In this document: positions 29,879 to 38,974 of the stretch, piece after piece
Layout of the letters: the number at the start of each line of letters is the position of its first letter
Position numbering within the stretch: position 1 is the stretch's first letter
Source of the DNA: an uncultured Flavobacteriaceae bacterium
GTDB taxonomy: Bacteria > Bacteroidota > Bacteroidia > Flavobacteriales > Flavobacteriaceae
NCBI GenBank assembly: GCA_964353095.1
Contig: CAYGUO010000001.1
Span: 1 to 52,468, forward strand
Reading direction: 5' to 3'
DNA: 52,468 bases
The notes under the pieces: generated by a model
Seen by the model: only the letters and a program-made list of their open reading frames with translations
Databases searched by the model: none
What the model was told of the DNA's origin: nothing
Program-made: the position numbers and the translations under genes

Positions 29879-31129
29879 TTATTTTAAAACGATTCGTTCT
29901 GCCTCTCCGAAGCTATCATAGTTGCTGGTTATAACTTGTTCTCCCTGTTCCAAGCCTTCAAGTACTTCGTAGAATTTAGAATTTTGTTTACCCACTCTTA
30001 TATTTCGTCGTATGGCCTCATCACCACTAGGGTTTACTACAAAAATCCATTGTCCACCGGTGCTTTGAAAGAAACCACCTTTTGGTAATAGCAAGGCGTC
30101 ACTTGAAGCCCCAAGTTGTAGTTTGATGTTATAGCTTTGACCTGCACGTATGGTTTCCGGTTTTTCATCGGTAAAAACCAAATCAACTTTAAATCGTCCA
30201 TTACGAACTTCAGGATATACTTTTCTTAGACGTAGTGGAAATTCTTTTTGGTTACGTTCAAGACTTGCAGCAAGGTCACGTTTTACCCTATCAATATAAT
30301 GTTCGTCTATTTCTGCTTCTATTTTAAAGTCTGTCAAAACGTTTACCTGACCTATTCGCTGACCTTGTGCGATATTTTGACCAATTTCAGCATCTAGAAA
30401 CCCTAACTGACCATCAGCTGGTGCACGCACATTTAGATGGTCTAATCTTTCATATACCATGGATAAGGTCTGTTGCATTCTGTTTAAATCAGTGTCAAGA
30501 CCAGAAAGTGATGTTTTTCGCAGTTCATCATCTTGTTCAGTTTGAACTTTTATAATGTCATATTGTTTTTGTGCCAGTTCATAGTTCTCTTTTGAAGTAA
30601 GGTATACTTCTTTTGAAATAAGCTCATCTATATATAGCGCATCATTTTGCTCAAAATTTCTTTTTAAACGCTGAAGATCGGTGCTTGCCGTGGCTAAAGA
30701 GCGTCGCCCTTCTACTTGTCTAGAGTCAAAGGTTAGTTTTGTAGACCTTAGGTCATTTTGCTTTAGTGCTAGATTACTTTCGCTGGCAAGAATTTGCTCA
30801 TATAAATTCATGTTTTCCAGTTTAAGGATGATATCCCCTTTTTTAACCATGGTACCTTCTTCAATCAACTTTTCAGAAACCCTACCGCCTTCATAGGCAT
30901 CCATATATATGGTAGCGATGGGGGCGACATTACCATTAATGGTGATGTAATCGTCAAATTTGCCCTCAGATACCTGAGCAATGGAAAGGCGATCTTTTTC
31001 GGTTCTAAAGGTTGAGACTGATGATGATGAAAATAATTTCCACCCAACAAACACCAGCAGGATGCCTAATGCGATATAGCCGTAATGTTTTGGGCGTAAT
31101 CCTTTTTTCTTTTCGAGTTGTATATCCAT
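29879..31129 (-). CDS. Efflux periplasmic adaptor subunit (MFP, MacA/HlyD-like)
   Basis: N-terminal TM, lipoyl half GGRVSEKLIEEGTMVKKGD, long coiled coil, VRAPADGQL, C-terminal EVLEGLEQGEQVI. Confidence 0.93.
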   Translation of the reverse strand: MDIQLEKKKGLRPKHYGYIALGILLVFVGWKLFSSSSVSTFRTEKDRLSIAQVSEGKFDDYITINGNVAPIATIYMDAYEGGRVSEKLIEEGTMVKKGDIILKLENMNLYEQILASESNLALKQNDLRSTKLTFDSRQVEGRRSLATASTDLQRLKRNFEQNDALYIDELISKEVYLTSKENYELAQKQYDIIKVQTEQDDELRKTSLSGLDTDLNRMQQTLSMVYERLDHLNVRAPADGQLGFLDAEIGQNIAQGQRIGQVNVLTDFKIEAEIDEHYIDRVKRDLAASLERNQKEFPLRLRKVYPEVRNGRFKVDLVFTDEKPETIRAGQSYNIKLQLGASSDALLLPKGGFFQSTGGQWIFVVNPSGDEAIRRNIRVGKQNSKFYEVLEGLEQGEQVITSNYDSFGEAERIVLK

Positions 31130-31136
31130 GTTGTAT

Positions 31137-32480
31137 TTAATTAATATTGAAAACAGGTAGATTATTATAAAAGTCTAAGGTGCTTTTGTTGACTTTTAAA
31201 CGAAGCCTAACCTGTAGGTTTTCATTTTGTGCCGTTGCGTATAAATTTTTGGCCCTACCTAGCTCTATGGCATTGATAATTCCTTTTTCATATCTTTTTT
31301 GTGCAATGGAAAAAGCAAGCTCTTGGGCCTTGCTTCTTTTTGCCGTTTGAAGTACTTCTGTGTTTAAGGCGTTATATTCTTGAACTAATTGTTCTATGAG
31401 TTGATACAATTCTTGCTCTTGAATATCAGCGTTGTTTTTTGCTCTTTCAAGAGCTATTTTTTGTTGTTTGATGCGTGAACGACCAGACCAACCGTTACTT
31501 ATAGGGACATTAAGGGAGACTCCAATAAATTGATTGGTATTATCACGAAACTGAGTTCTAAAAGGGATGGTCACTCCCAGTGTATCCGTAATGGTTTCAA
31601 AGAAACCTGTTCCATAGCCTCCCTGTAGGGCCAACGAAGGGTATAAGTTTCCCCTAGCTACTGCAATTTGCTTTTTAGCGGCCTTCACACGAAGCTCTTG
31701 CGCTTTTATTAAAGGAATGAACTCCATTGCGGTATTAAAAATGGAATCTGACGTGATTTCAGTAGTGGACTCGACCATTTCATTTTTCTCAAACTCAGGT
31801 CGAATCAGAATATCACTTTCACCTTCAATGTTCATGGCTTGAATCAAGGCAAGCTTTGCAGCGGCCAATCTGTTCTCATTTTGGGTCAATACCAATTCGT
31901 CAGCAAGCAATATAGATTCTGCTTCATAAATATCAGCTCCAGCCATTAACCCGACTTCAATTTGTTTTTTAACCAACTCATAATTGGTTTCCGAGATTTC
32001 AACCTGTTCTTCTGAAATGACAATCAATCCTTCTATAAATTGAATATCGTAGTAGGCACGCATGACTCGGAATGCCAAAAGATATTTCTGTTGAACACTT
32101 TCTTCTTTTGTTGCTTTATATAAAAGTTTGGATGCTTTGATGCCATTGATTTTTTGAAATCCCTGAAAGACATCGAAGGATGCGCTTAAAGAATAAACAT
32201 TTGCGAAAAACTCTGTATTCGAAATACTGTTGTCATTCGGATTTACTTGACGACCAAAACTCACGTTATAATTTGCAAAACCATTTACATTAGGCAACAA
32301 GTTTCTAACAGATTGACGATAGGTTTCCCTATTAGATTGCTCAGTGAATTCAAAATCATTTAATTGAAGGTTGTTCTCTATAGCATAGGTAACGCATTCT
32401 TCAAGCGTCCAGACTTTTTGTGCGGTTGCTCTGGCACAGACTATAAATAAGACGATATAAATAACTCTATTAATGTTCAT
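31137..32480 (-). CDS. TolC family outer membrane channel
   Basis: Signal peptide, WTLEECVTYAIENN, two OEP repeats (LLPNVNG; LYPSLAL), AQKRYEKG. Confidence 0.92.
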   Translation of the reverse strand: MNINRVIYIVLFIVCARATAQKVWTLEECVTYAIENNLQLNDFEFTEQSNRETYRQSVRNLLPNVNGFANYNVSFGRQVNPNDNSISNTEFFANVYSLSASFDVFQGFQKINGIKASKLLYKATKEESVQQKYLLAFRVMRAYYDIQFIEGLIVISEEQVEISETNYELVKKQIEVGLMAGADIYEAESILLADELVLTQNENRLAAAKLALIQAMNIEGESDILIRPEFEKNEMVESTTEITSDSIFNTAMEFIPLIKAQELRVKAAKKQIAVARGNLYPSLALQGGYGTGFFETITDTLGVTIPFRTQFRDNTNQFIGVSLNVPISNGWSGRSRIKQQKIALERAKNNADIQEQELYQLIEQLVQEYNALNTEVLQTAKRSKAQELAFSIAQKRYEKGIINAIELGRAKNLYATAQNENLQVRLRLKVNKSTLDFYNNLPVFNIN

Positions 32481-32506
32481 ATTTAAACTACTATGCCAGA
32501 GTTTAA

Positions 32507-32623
32507 GCTATTGTCATGCCATAAAAATAAATAACTGAAAATCAGAAAGTTATCATTGGTCTCTGGTTGATGGAGGTTTTCGAGTGTAAAATATTTATAC
32601 AAAAAGTGTAAAATATTTTTACA
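32507..32623 (-). promoter_or_regulatory. Putative sigma54 promoter module P1 upstream of tolC
   Basis: Minus strand TGGCATGACAATAGC (32507-32521). IHF consensus AATCAGAAAGTTA (32540-32552, plus). TGTAAAATATTTATACA (32585-32601) and TGTAAAATATTTTTACA (32607-32623). Lies next to the sigma54 activator gene. Confidence 0.78.
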
Positions 32624-32788
32624 TGCATAAGATAGTGATAGAATCAATTTGTAGTTTTAAAGAAACCTTAGAAGTTGCTCATGTCCTTAATAGTAAGGGC
32701 TAAGGGGATTAAATTGTTTAAAGGATACGCATCGGTTAAAAACGGTATGCGTTTTGTTTCTCAAGTTCCTAGGTTAAAACCTTTCATT

Positions 32789-34153
32789 ATGACCGATGCC
32801 AAGATTTTAGTAATAGATGATAATAAAAGCGTTTTAAGTGCTTTAGAAATTTTATTACAGTTTGAGTACAAAAGCGTGGAAACCCTTTTTAACCCAAACC
32901 AAATTTCTTCCTTCCCAAATATCTCAGAAATTGATATTGTATTATTGGATATGAATTTCTCTGCCGGTGTAAATACGGGAAATGAAGGATTATTTTGGCT
33001 GAATGAAATCAAGAAAAAAACACCCGATACTTCCGTGATTATGATGACGGCCTATGGCGCTGTTGACTTGGCGGTGAAAGCACTAAAACAAGGAGCTTCC
33101 GATTTTGTCTTAAAACCATGGAATAATGAGCGTTTATTGACCACGGTAAAATCGGCTTATGAACTTCGCAAGTCAAAACAAGAAATTCATCAACTTAAAA
33201 AGAAAGAAAAAGGTTTAAAACAGTTCATCAACGATGATAAAAATAATATTGTAGGAAACTCAAAAGCATTGACCAATGTTTTGAATTTGGTCGGTAAAGT
33301 GGCAAAAACAGATGTCAACGTTTTGATTACTGGCGAGAACGGAACCGGCAAAGAGTTGATTGCAAGAGAGCTACACCGATTATCAAGTAGAAAAGACGAG
33401 GTATTTATTAATGTAGATATGGGTTCTATTTCGGACAATTTGTTTGAAAGTGAACTTTTTGGACATACCAAAGGATCCTTTACAGATGCTAAGGAAGATC
33501 GCACGGGTAAGTTTGAAGCCGCTAATCAAGGAAGTTTGTTTTTGGATGAGATGGGCAATCTGTCCCTTCAAACCCAAGCAAAACTACTTTCAGCTATCCA
33601 AAACAAATCCGTGGTTCGTGTAGGGTCCAATAAAGCCATTAATGTTGATATAAGATTAATTTGTGCAACCAATTGTAATCTAAATCAAATGGTTGAAGAC
33701 GGTCTTTTTAGAGAAGATTTGCTCTACCGTATAAATACGATACATATTGAAGTGCCACCTCTTAGAGACCGCGAAGGGGACATCCTAATTTTGGCCGATT
33801 TCTTTTTAAAGAAATTTTCAAATAAATACGATAAGCCCGGCTTGAAAATCAATAATTTGGCTCAAGAAAAGCTTTTAGAATATCAATGGCCAGGCAACAT
33901 TCGCGAATTACAACACACCATGGAACGTGCGATTATTTTATGCGAAGGTAATGTGCTAAAACCTTCTGATTTTTTGTTGCACTCAAAGCCTGCCCAATCT
34001 TTGGAATCAGAGCTCATCACCTTAGATGAAATGGAATATCATATGATTTCAAAAGCCTTAGACCTGCACGACGGTAATTATAGTGCCGCAGCTGAACAGT
34101 TAGGCGTATCAAGGCAAACACTTTATAACAAAATGAAGAAGCTTAAGAAATAA
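32789..34153 (+). CDS. Sigma54-dependent response regulator (NtrC family: REC, AAA+, Fis HTH)
   Basis: Start moved to ATG 32789 (MTDAKILVIDD). REC LLDMNF, Walker A GENGTGKE, ESELFGH..GSFTDA (GAFTGA variant), FLDEMG, WPGNIREL, C-terminal HTH AAEQLGVSRQTLY. Confidence 0.95.
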   Translation: MTDAKILVIDDNKSVLSALEILLQFEYKSVETLFNPNQISSFPNISEIDIVLLDMNFSAGVNTGNEGLFWLNEIKKKTPDTSVIMMTAYGAVDLAVKALKQGASDFVLKPWNNERLLTTVKSAYELRKSKQEIHQLKKKEKGLKQFINDDKNNIVGNSKALTNVLNLVGKVAKTDVNVLITGENGTGKELIARELHRLSSRKDEVFINVDMGSISDNLFESELFGHTKGSFTDAKEDRTGKFEAANQGSLFLDEMGNLSLQTQAKLLSAIQNKSVVRVGSNKAINVDIRLICATNCNLNQMVEDGLFREDLLYRINTIHIEVPPLRDREGDILILADFFLKKFSNKYDKPGLKINNLAQEKLLEYQWPGNIRELQHTMERAIILCEGNVLKPSDFLLHSKPAQSLESELITLDEMEYHMISKALDLHDGNYSAAAEQLGVSRQTLYNKMKKLKK

Positions 34154-35496
34154 TGGCAAGTAGAAATTTCTATATTCAACTAATAATTAGAGTAATATTT
34201 ATCACTGGAACCGGGGTGTTATTAGCTTTTTCTGTTGTGGAAAAGTGGTACTTACTATTATTTTTTTCCGCTATTGCCTTACTATCTCAGGTATATGATT
34301 TGATTCGGTTTATCAATAGTACCAATAGAAAAATAGCCTACTTTTTTGATGCGATCAAGAATGAAGATTTTACATTGCGATTTCCTGAAAGGGTTGCTAT
34401 CAAATCTTTTAAAGAGCTGAATCAAAGTTTAAACCGGGTTAACGGTTTAATACAAGAAGTACATTTGCAATTACAGATACGCGAGAAATATTATCAAGAA
34501 ATTTTAAAGCAAGCGAATATTGGTATCATGACCTTTAATGAAAAGGGTCATATTCTATTTTCTAACCCTACCTTAGAAAAGCTTTTTAATTACCGACCAC
34601 TAAATCACATTAAACAACTGAAACAAATTGACCCTAAACTGTATGAGGTATTTGAGTCGTTCCGTCCTTTTGAGCGTAAAATGTTCCAGTTTACAAATGA
34701 ACGCGAACAAATACAATTGGCTTTGAAATCAACCCCTGTTGTTTTAGATGAAACCCCTTTACTGTTGGTTGTTGTACAAGATATTAATGAGGAATTGGAT
34801 GAGAAAGAAACCGATTCTTGGATTCGTTTGATAAGGGTGCTTACGCATGAAATTATGAATACAATCACCCCTATCACCTCTATTTCAGAATCGATATTAA
34901 AATACTATCATACCAGTTCTGGCGAAGTGGTTGAGCAATTTGACAAGGATAAAATTTCAAGTGCTGCAAAGGGTTTAGAGGTCATAAAAAGTCAAGGTAA
35001 CGACCTCATGGATTTTGTACAGTCATACCGAAGCTTTCTTAATGTTCCAAAGCCAGATAAGAATATTGTTAATGCTAAAAAATTATTTGAAAAAGTACAG
35101 GTTTTAATGCAGCGAGATCTTGGTGATGGTATCGATATTCAATGGATACACCAGACAGATGACGTTGAATTTTTTATTGACGAAAAGCAACTTACCCAGG
35201 TGCTTATCAATTTGGTTAAAAATGCGATTCATTCGTTAGAAAATCAGCCTTCAGGACTCATAGAAGTAATTGCAGGAATTGACTCCAAAGAACGAAAGTA
35301 TATTATCGTGAAAGACAACGGCCCTGGAATACCAGAAGAGATGATGGATGAGATTTTTGTTCCTTTTTTTACTACAAAAGAAAAAGGAACCGGCATTGGA
35401 TTAAGCCTTTCTCGACAGATTGTTCAACTGCACGGAGGCAGTTTAAAATTATATTCCAAACCCCATGTAGAAACCGTTTTTACCTTGACTTTTTAA
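34153..35496 (+). CDS. Sensor histidine kinase (NtrY-like: 2 TM, PAS-like, HisKA, HATPase)
   Basis: H-box [12 protein letters not shown]-box [26 protein letters not shown]. Overlaps the regulator stop codon by one base (TAATG). Confidence 0.95.
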   Translation: MASRNFYIQLIIRVIFITGTGVLLAFSVVEKWYLLLFFSAIALLSQVYDLIRFINSTNRKIAYFFDAIKNEDFTLRFPERVAIKSFKELNQSLNRVNGLIQEVHLQLQIREKYYQEILKQANIGIMTFNEKGHILFSNPTLEKLFNYRPLNHIKQLKQIDPKLYEVFESFRPFERKMFQFTNEREQIQLALKSTPVVLDETPLLLVVVQDINEELDEKETDSWIRLIRVLTHEIMNTITPITSISESILKYYHTSSGEVVEQFDKDKISSAAKGLEVIKSQGNDLMDFVQSYRSFLNVPKPDKNIVNAKKLFEKVQVLMQRDLGDGIDIQWIHQTDDVEFFIDEKQLTQVLINLVKNAIHSLENQPSGLIEVIAGIDSKERKYIIVKDNGPGIPEEMMDEIFVPFFTTKEKGTGIGLSLSRQIVQLHGGSLKLYSKPHVETVFTLTF

Positions 35497-35530
35497 TATG
35501 GAATGGATCGTTATCATATTAAACCAAGAA

Positions 35531-35611
35531 TGTCTCCCCGAGCCCGGTCGAGGGGTCATTACGTTGAAGAATGTGCCCAAAAGGGAAGTCTCGGCTACGC
35601 TCGACCTGACA
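35531..35611. repeat. Inverted pair of family B-related REP-like palindromes
   Basis: TGTCTCCCCGAGCCCGGTCGAGGGG (from 35531) and, on the minus strand, TGTCAGGTCGAGCGTAGCCGAGA (35589-35611). Confidence 0.62.
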
Positions 35612-35662
35612 ATATAGGTACAAGGTTATGGTCATAATAATTGAACTGATTTTGATAGTGAG

Positions 35663-36106
35663 ATGAAAAAAGAACTATACCAATTTTGTCAAGAATATGT
35701 TGATTCACGGTTACAAAGAATTCAAAAACAAATAGAAGGGATAAAATACTCATTAACTTCTGAGTCAAAAAGTACGGCTGGTGATAAACATGAAACCGGT
35801 AGGGCAATGTTGCAATTAGAACGAGAAAAATTAGGACAACAGTTGTTTGAAGCAGAAAAAATACAACAACTTTTAAAGCAAGTCCCAATAGAAATTACTG
35901 GTGATAGCGTTGTATTAGGAAGTTTAGTCGAGACAGATAAGGCATCCTACTACATTGCCATATCCGCAGGCAAATACGAAGCTAAGGGGAGAATAATTTT
36001 TTGTATTTCTTCAAGCACTCCAATTGCAAAATTACTATTTGGAAAAACAGTGAATGATAGCTTTTCGTTTAACGGATTGGAGTCTAAGATAATAGCAGTC
36101 AATTAG
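35663..36106 (+). CDS. GreA/GreB-like protein (Bacteroidota type)
   Basis: N-terminal coiled coil with KSTAGDKHETGRAM tip; C-terminal VVLGSLV...ISSSTPIAKLLFGKTVND resembles the GreA C-terminal domain. Confidence 0.7.
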   Translation: MKKELYQFCQEYVDSRLQRIQKQIEGIKYSLTSESKSTAGDKHETGRAMLQLEREKLGQQLFEAEKIQQLLKQVPIEITGDSVVLGSLVETDKASYYIAISAGKYEAKGRIIFCISSSTPIAKLLFGKTVNDSFSFNGLESKIIAVN

Positions 36107-36194
36107 ATACTACTTTCAGTATTTAACCTTTTCTTTAAAAAAGATATCTTGTTGTTAATTATCTTTAAGAGGTTAACCAAAAAATAAACAAATC

Positions 36195-36572
36195 ATGACA
36201 ACACAAGAAGTAGCAGAAAAGTTTGTGAATTATTGTAAAGAAGGGAAGTATGATCAAGCTTATGCCATGTATGCTGATGATGCCGTAAGTGAGGAAATGC
36301 CTGGTATACCGAATCATGTAACCAAAGGGAAAGCCAATATTCTAAATGAGTTTCAACAGTGGAATGAAAGTGTTCAAGAAATGCATGGTGGTGCAGTAGG
36401 TGAGCCAATAGTTGCCGGAAACCACTTTGTGGTGCCAATGTCAATGGATGCGACTTTTAAAGACCGGGGCAGACAACAAATGGACGAGCTCTGTGTTTAT
36501 CAAGTACAAAATGGCCAAATAACCAGGGCAACCTACCACTATGAAGTGCCAGATATGGGACAAGGAATGTAA
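36195..36572 (+). CDS. SnoaL-like / NTF2-like domain protein
   Basis: 125 aa with YADDAVSEE, VKG-like segment, MDELCVYQVQNGQI. Confidence 0.75.
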   Translation: MTTQEVAEKFVNYCKEGKYDQAYAMYADDAVSEEMPGIPNHVTKGKANILNEFQQWNESVQEMHGGAVGEPIVAGNHFVVPMSMDATFKDRGRQQMDELCVYQVQNGQITRATYHYEVPDMGQGM

Positions 36573-36575
36573 GCC

Positions 36576-36980
36576 CTAATCTAAATTTGGTTTTTTACGA
36601 TAGACCTTTTTGGAAGAAGCTATTTTTTTAGCTTTTAATCGCTTCTCAACTGATGATTTTGAGGGCTTTGTAGGTTTTCTTTTTTTAGGAACGTGCAAAG
36701 CCTTTTTCAATAGTTCAAAAAAGCGTTTTACGACCAGTTGCTTGTTTTTGTGTTGACTTCTTGCTTCGTCACATTGTAAAATGAGCAGGTGTTCTTTGGT
36801 CAAACGATTGGCCAACTTTAATAGAAGGCGTTCTTTCTCTCTAACGGACAAGGCTAAAGAGTCACTCACATCAAAACTAAGCTCTACTTTAGAGGATACT
36901 TTGTTTACATGCTGTCCGCCAGCACCGCTACTGCGAATAGCCTTAAATTTTAGTTCTTTTAAAATAACATCCTTTTGCAA
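36576..36980 (-). CDS. arfB: Alternative ribosome rescue peptidyl-tRNA hydrolase ArfB
   Basis: RSSGAGGQHVNKVSSKV (GGQ motif), RSQHKNK, Lys/Arg-rich C-tail. TTG start. Confidence 0.93.
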   Translation of the reverse strand: MQKDVILKELKFKAIRSSGAGGQHVNKVSSKVELSFDVSDSLALSVREKERLLLKLANRLTKEHLLILQCDEARSQHKNKQLVVKRFFELLKKALHVPKKRKPTKPSKSSVEKRLKAKKIASSKKVYRKKPNLD

Positions 36981-36994
36981 AACTTGGTTTTACA

Positions 36995-37002
36995 CAAAGA
37001 TA
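36995..37002 (-). promoter_or_regulatory. Bacteroidota housekeeping-sigma -7 element upstream of arfB
   Basis: Minus strand TATCTTTG matches TAnnTTTG, 14 nt upstream of the start. Confidence 0.5.
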
Positions 37003-37016
37003 GCCAAGCTTACTTA

Positions 37017-37838
37017 TTATCCTTTTACGTAGGAAAGCGCCATCAGATTGAACTCTGAGTTATTTTCTGTATTGCCACTATCGTTTAGCGGTTCATCGGC
37101 ATAACCGCTCCGAGATGTTGGACATCCCCGTTCTTGTCCGCCCCATTGCGTTGCCTCAATGACCAGTTTTGATATATTTTCAACATTCAATTGAAACCTA
37201 TAAGAACCCATAGAATCTGGCAGCTTTCCCTCTAAAGAAAATTCATCCAGTAAGATTCCAGTAGCTAGTTCTTTTCCGTCGGCGTCATAGGCTGTCCATT
37301 TACCTGATTCGTCAACCCTTATGGTGTCGTTATCGGCACAGATTGTACCTTCTTTGGCCTGTCTGCCTTCGTCTGGATCCATTTGTCCTACCTGTAGGAT
37401 GACATTTTTGACCGGTATTCTAAAATTGACAATTAACTGTTCACTGGTTTCAACGATTTCACCTTGGTATTCGTAGTAATAATCAATTTGTTCCCAACGG
37501 CCGCCTGCAACTCCGAAACCATTATCTCGAAAACGACTTTCATAAACAATACTGGCAGCATCACCATTTATTTTTTTTGCAGTCAAAAAAACATCATAAT
37601 TCCAAGCCTGCTCACCTTGTCCATTATTTGTTAAAATATCACGATCTGCAGTCAGTTCAATACGAGAAGCCTCACTTACATCATCATTGGAATCATCTGA
37701 AATTTCTTCATTGTCATTATCACCTGTTTCTTCAGTATCTAGCGCCATTTCATCTTCAAGGATAGCGTCGTCAGAACATGCTATTTGTAGATTACAACAT
37801 AGTAGGATGACTAAAAAAGGAAGGAATCGCTTTTTCAT
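37017..37838 (-). CDS. Hypothetical lipoprotein
   Basis: Start moved to ATG 37838: MKKRFLPFLVILLCCNLQIA-CSDD lipobox, acidic linker, then a globular domain I do not recognise. Confidence 0.7.
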   Translation of the reverse strand: MKKRFLPFLVILLCCNLQIACSDDAILEDEMALDTEETGDNDNEEISDDSNDDVSEASRIELTADRDILTNNGQGEQAWNYDVFLTAKKINGDAASIVYESRFRDNGFGVAGGRWEQIDYYYEYQGEIVETSEQLIVNFRIPVKNVILQVGQMDPDEGRQAKEGTICADNDTIRVDESGKWTAYDADGKELATGILLDEFSLEGKLPDSMGSYRFQLNVENISKLVIEATQWGGQERGCPTSRSGYADEPLNDSGNTENNSEFNLMALSYVKG

Positions 37839-37921
37839 TTCACAGTTTTTTGGGGTTCTATGAAAGTAACGATTGACCAAAACATGCTATTGCTTTACAA
37901 CACCGATTTTCGATGAATGGT

Positions 37922-38905
37922 CTAATCGGAAGCAGAAAGGCGCTTATTGACCAATTGCAGCGAAATGTTTAGATACACCTGCGTGTTTACTTTTAAGGCG
38001 TGCCGATTGGCGAAAAACACACTCAGACCCTTATTTGATAATCCTTCTATCAAATAATGACTACCCTTAAAATGGTTGTTGACTACGTAAACTTCAAACC
38101 CTGTTGCCTTAGAGATTTCAAACTCATGCGGATATACCAAAATAGCGGTATCAACAGCACTATATTCTTTTAAAAGCGAAACGGGAATCTGATTGACAAT
38201 GTCAAACAACGAGGCAACATATTTTTCTTTAGGTCTTTGATATAATTGGCTAGTGGGTTCATGCGCCCGTATTTGACCCTCTTTTAAAACTAGCGTTTCG
38301 TCAGCAAACGAAAGCACATCATTGGGATCATGGCTTGCATTGACCACGGTGATGCCTTTTTCTCTTAAGTAAGGAAAAAGCTTGTACCGTAGTTCGTTTT
38401 TTTTGAATTGGTCTATGCTGCTAAACGGCTCATCTAATAATAATACCTCAGGTTCTTGGGCTAAAGCCCTTGCCAAAGCGACACGTTGTTGTTGTCCACC
38501 ACTAAGATTTTTAACTTTTACCTCAGCATAAGCTTCCATTTCAATCACCCCAAGTAGCTCTGCTATTCTGGTTTCATGGGTGTCTAGTTCAAAAGCGGAT
38601 AAGTGTTCGGCAATGTTTTCAGTAACCGTGGTGAACGGCATTAAATCAAAATCTTGAGCCACATATTTCATGTATTTTTCACCGGGCACCAAGTTAAAAC
38701 TTGGCCCCAATACTTCGTTATCTTCCCAATATATGTTTCCTCCCATCAACTCAAGCAACCCATAGATAGCCTTTAATAACGTGCTTTTGCCCGAGCCACT
38801 TTCACCCATAATGGCAAGATGTTTTCCTTTTTCCAAGGTGAAGGAAATATCCTTAAGAATACGTTTCTCTTGATAAGAAAAAGATATGTTTTGAACGTTT
38901 AGCAT
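37922..38905 (-). CDS. ABC transporter ATP-binding protein (FbpC/PotA-like, no adjacent permease)
   Basis: GESGSGKST, LSGGQQQRV, LLLDEPF, C-terminal extension resembling a TOBE domain. Confidence 0.88.
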   Translation of the reverse strand: MLNVQNISFSYQEKRILKDISFTLEKGKHLAIMGESGSGKSTLLKAIYGLLELMGGNIYWEDNEVLGPSFNLVPGEKYMKYVAQDFDLMPFTTVTENIAEHLSAFELDTHETRIAELLGVIEMEAYAEVKVKNLSGGQQQRVALARALAQEPEVLLLDEPFSSIDQFKKNELRYKLFPYLREKGITVVNASHDPNDVLSFADETLVLKEGQIRAHEPTSQLYQRPKEKYVASLFDIVNQIPVSLLKEYSAVDTAILVYPHEFEISKATGFEVYVVNNHFKGSHYLIEGLSNKGLSVFFANRHALKVNTQVYLNISLQLVNKRLSASD

Positions 38906-38916
38906 AAATCAAGGAA

Positions 38917-38948
38917 AAGAAAAATCCGCTTCCTAAGAAACGGATTTT
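38917..38948 (-). terminator. Intrinsic terminator after the prolyl oligopeptidase gene
   Basis: Minus strand AAAATCCGTTTC-TTAG-GAAGCGGATTTT followed by TCTTTT. Confidence 0.65.
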
Positions 38949-38974
38949 AAAATCATAATAGTTTAGAAATAGCG

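Noticed and set aside
32484-32498. Second TGGCAT upstream of tolC (TGGCATAGTAGTTTA)
   Set aside because: No G at the -12 position, and too close to the ATG to leave room for a start site.
32675-32788. 38-aa N-terminal extension of the response regulator in the ORF track
   Set aside because: TTG start; the receiver domain begins at ATG 32789.
37922-38905. Second ABC ATPase as an extra motor for the permease array
   Set aside because: It has importer-type features (LDEPF, C-terminal extension) rather than the LolD/MacB DEPTGNLD, and lies outside the sigma54 modules.
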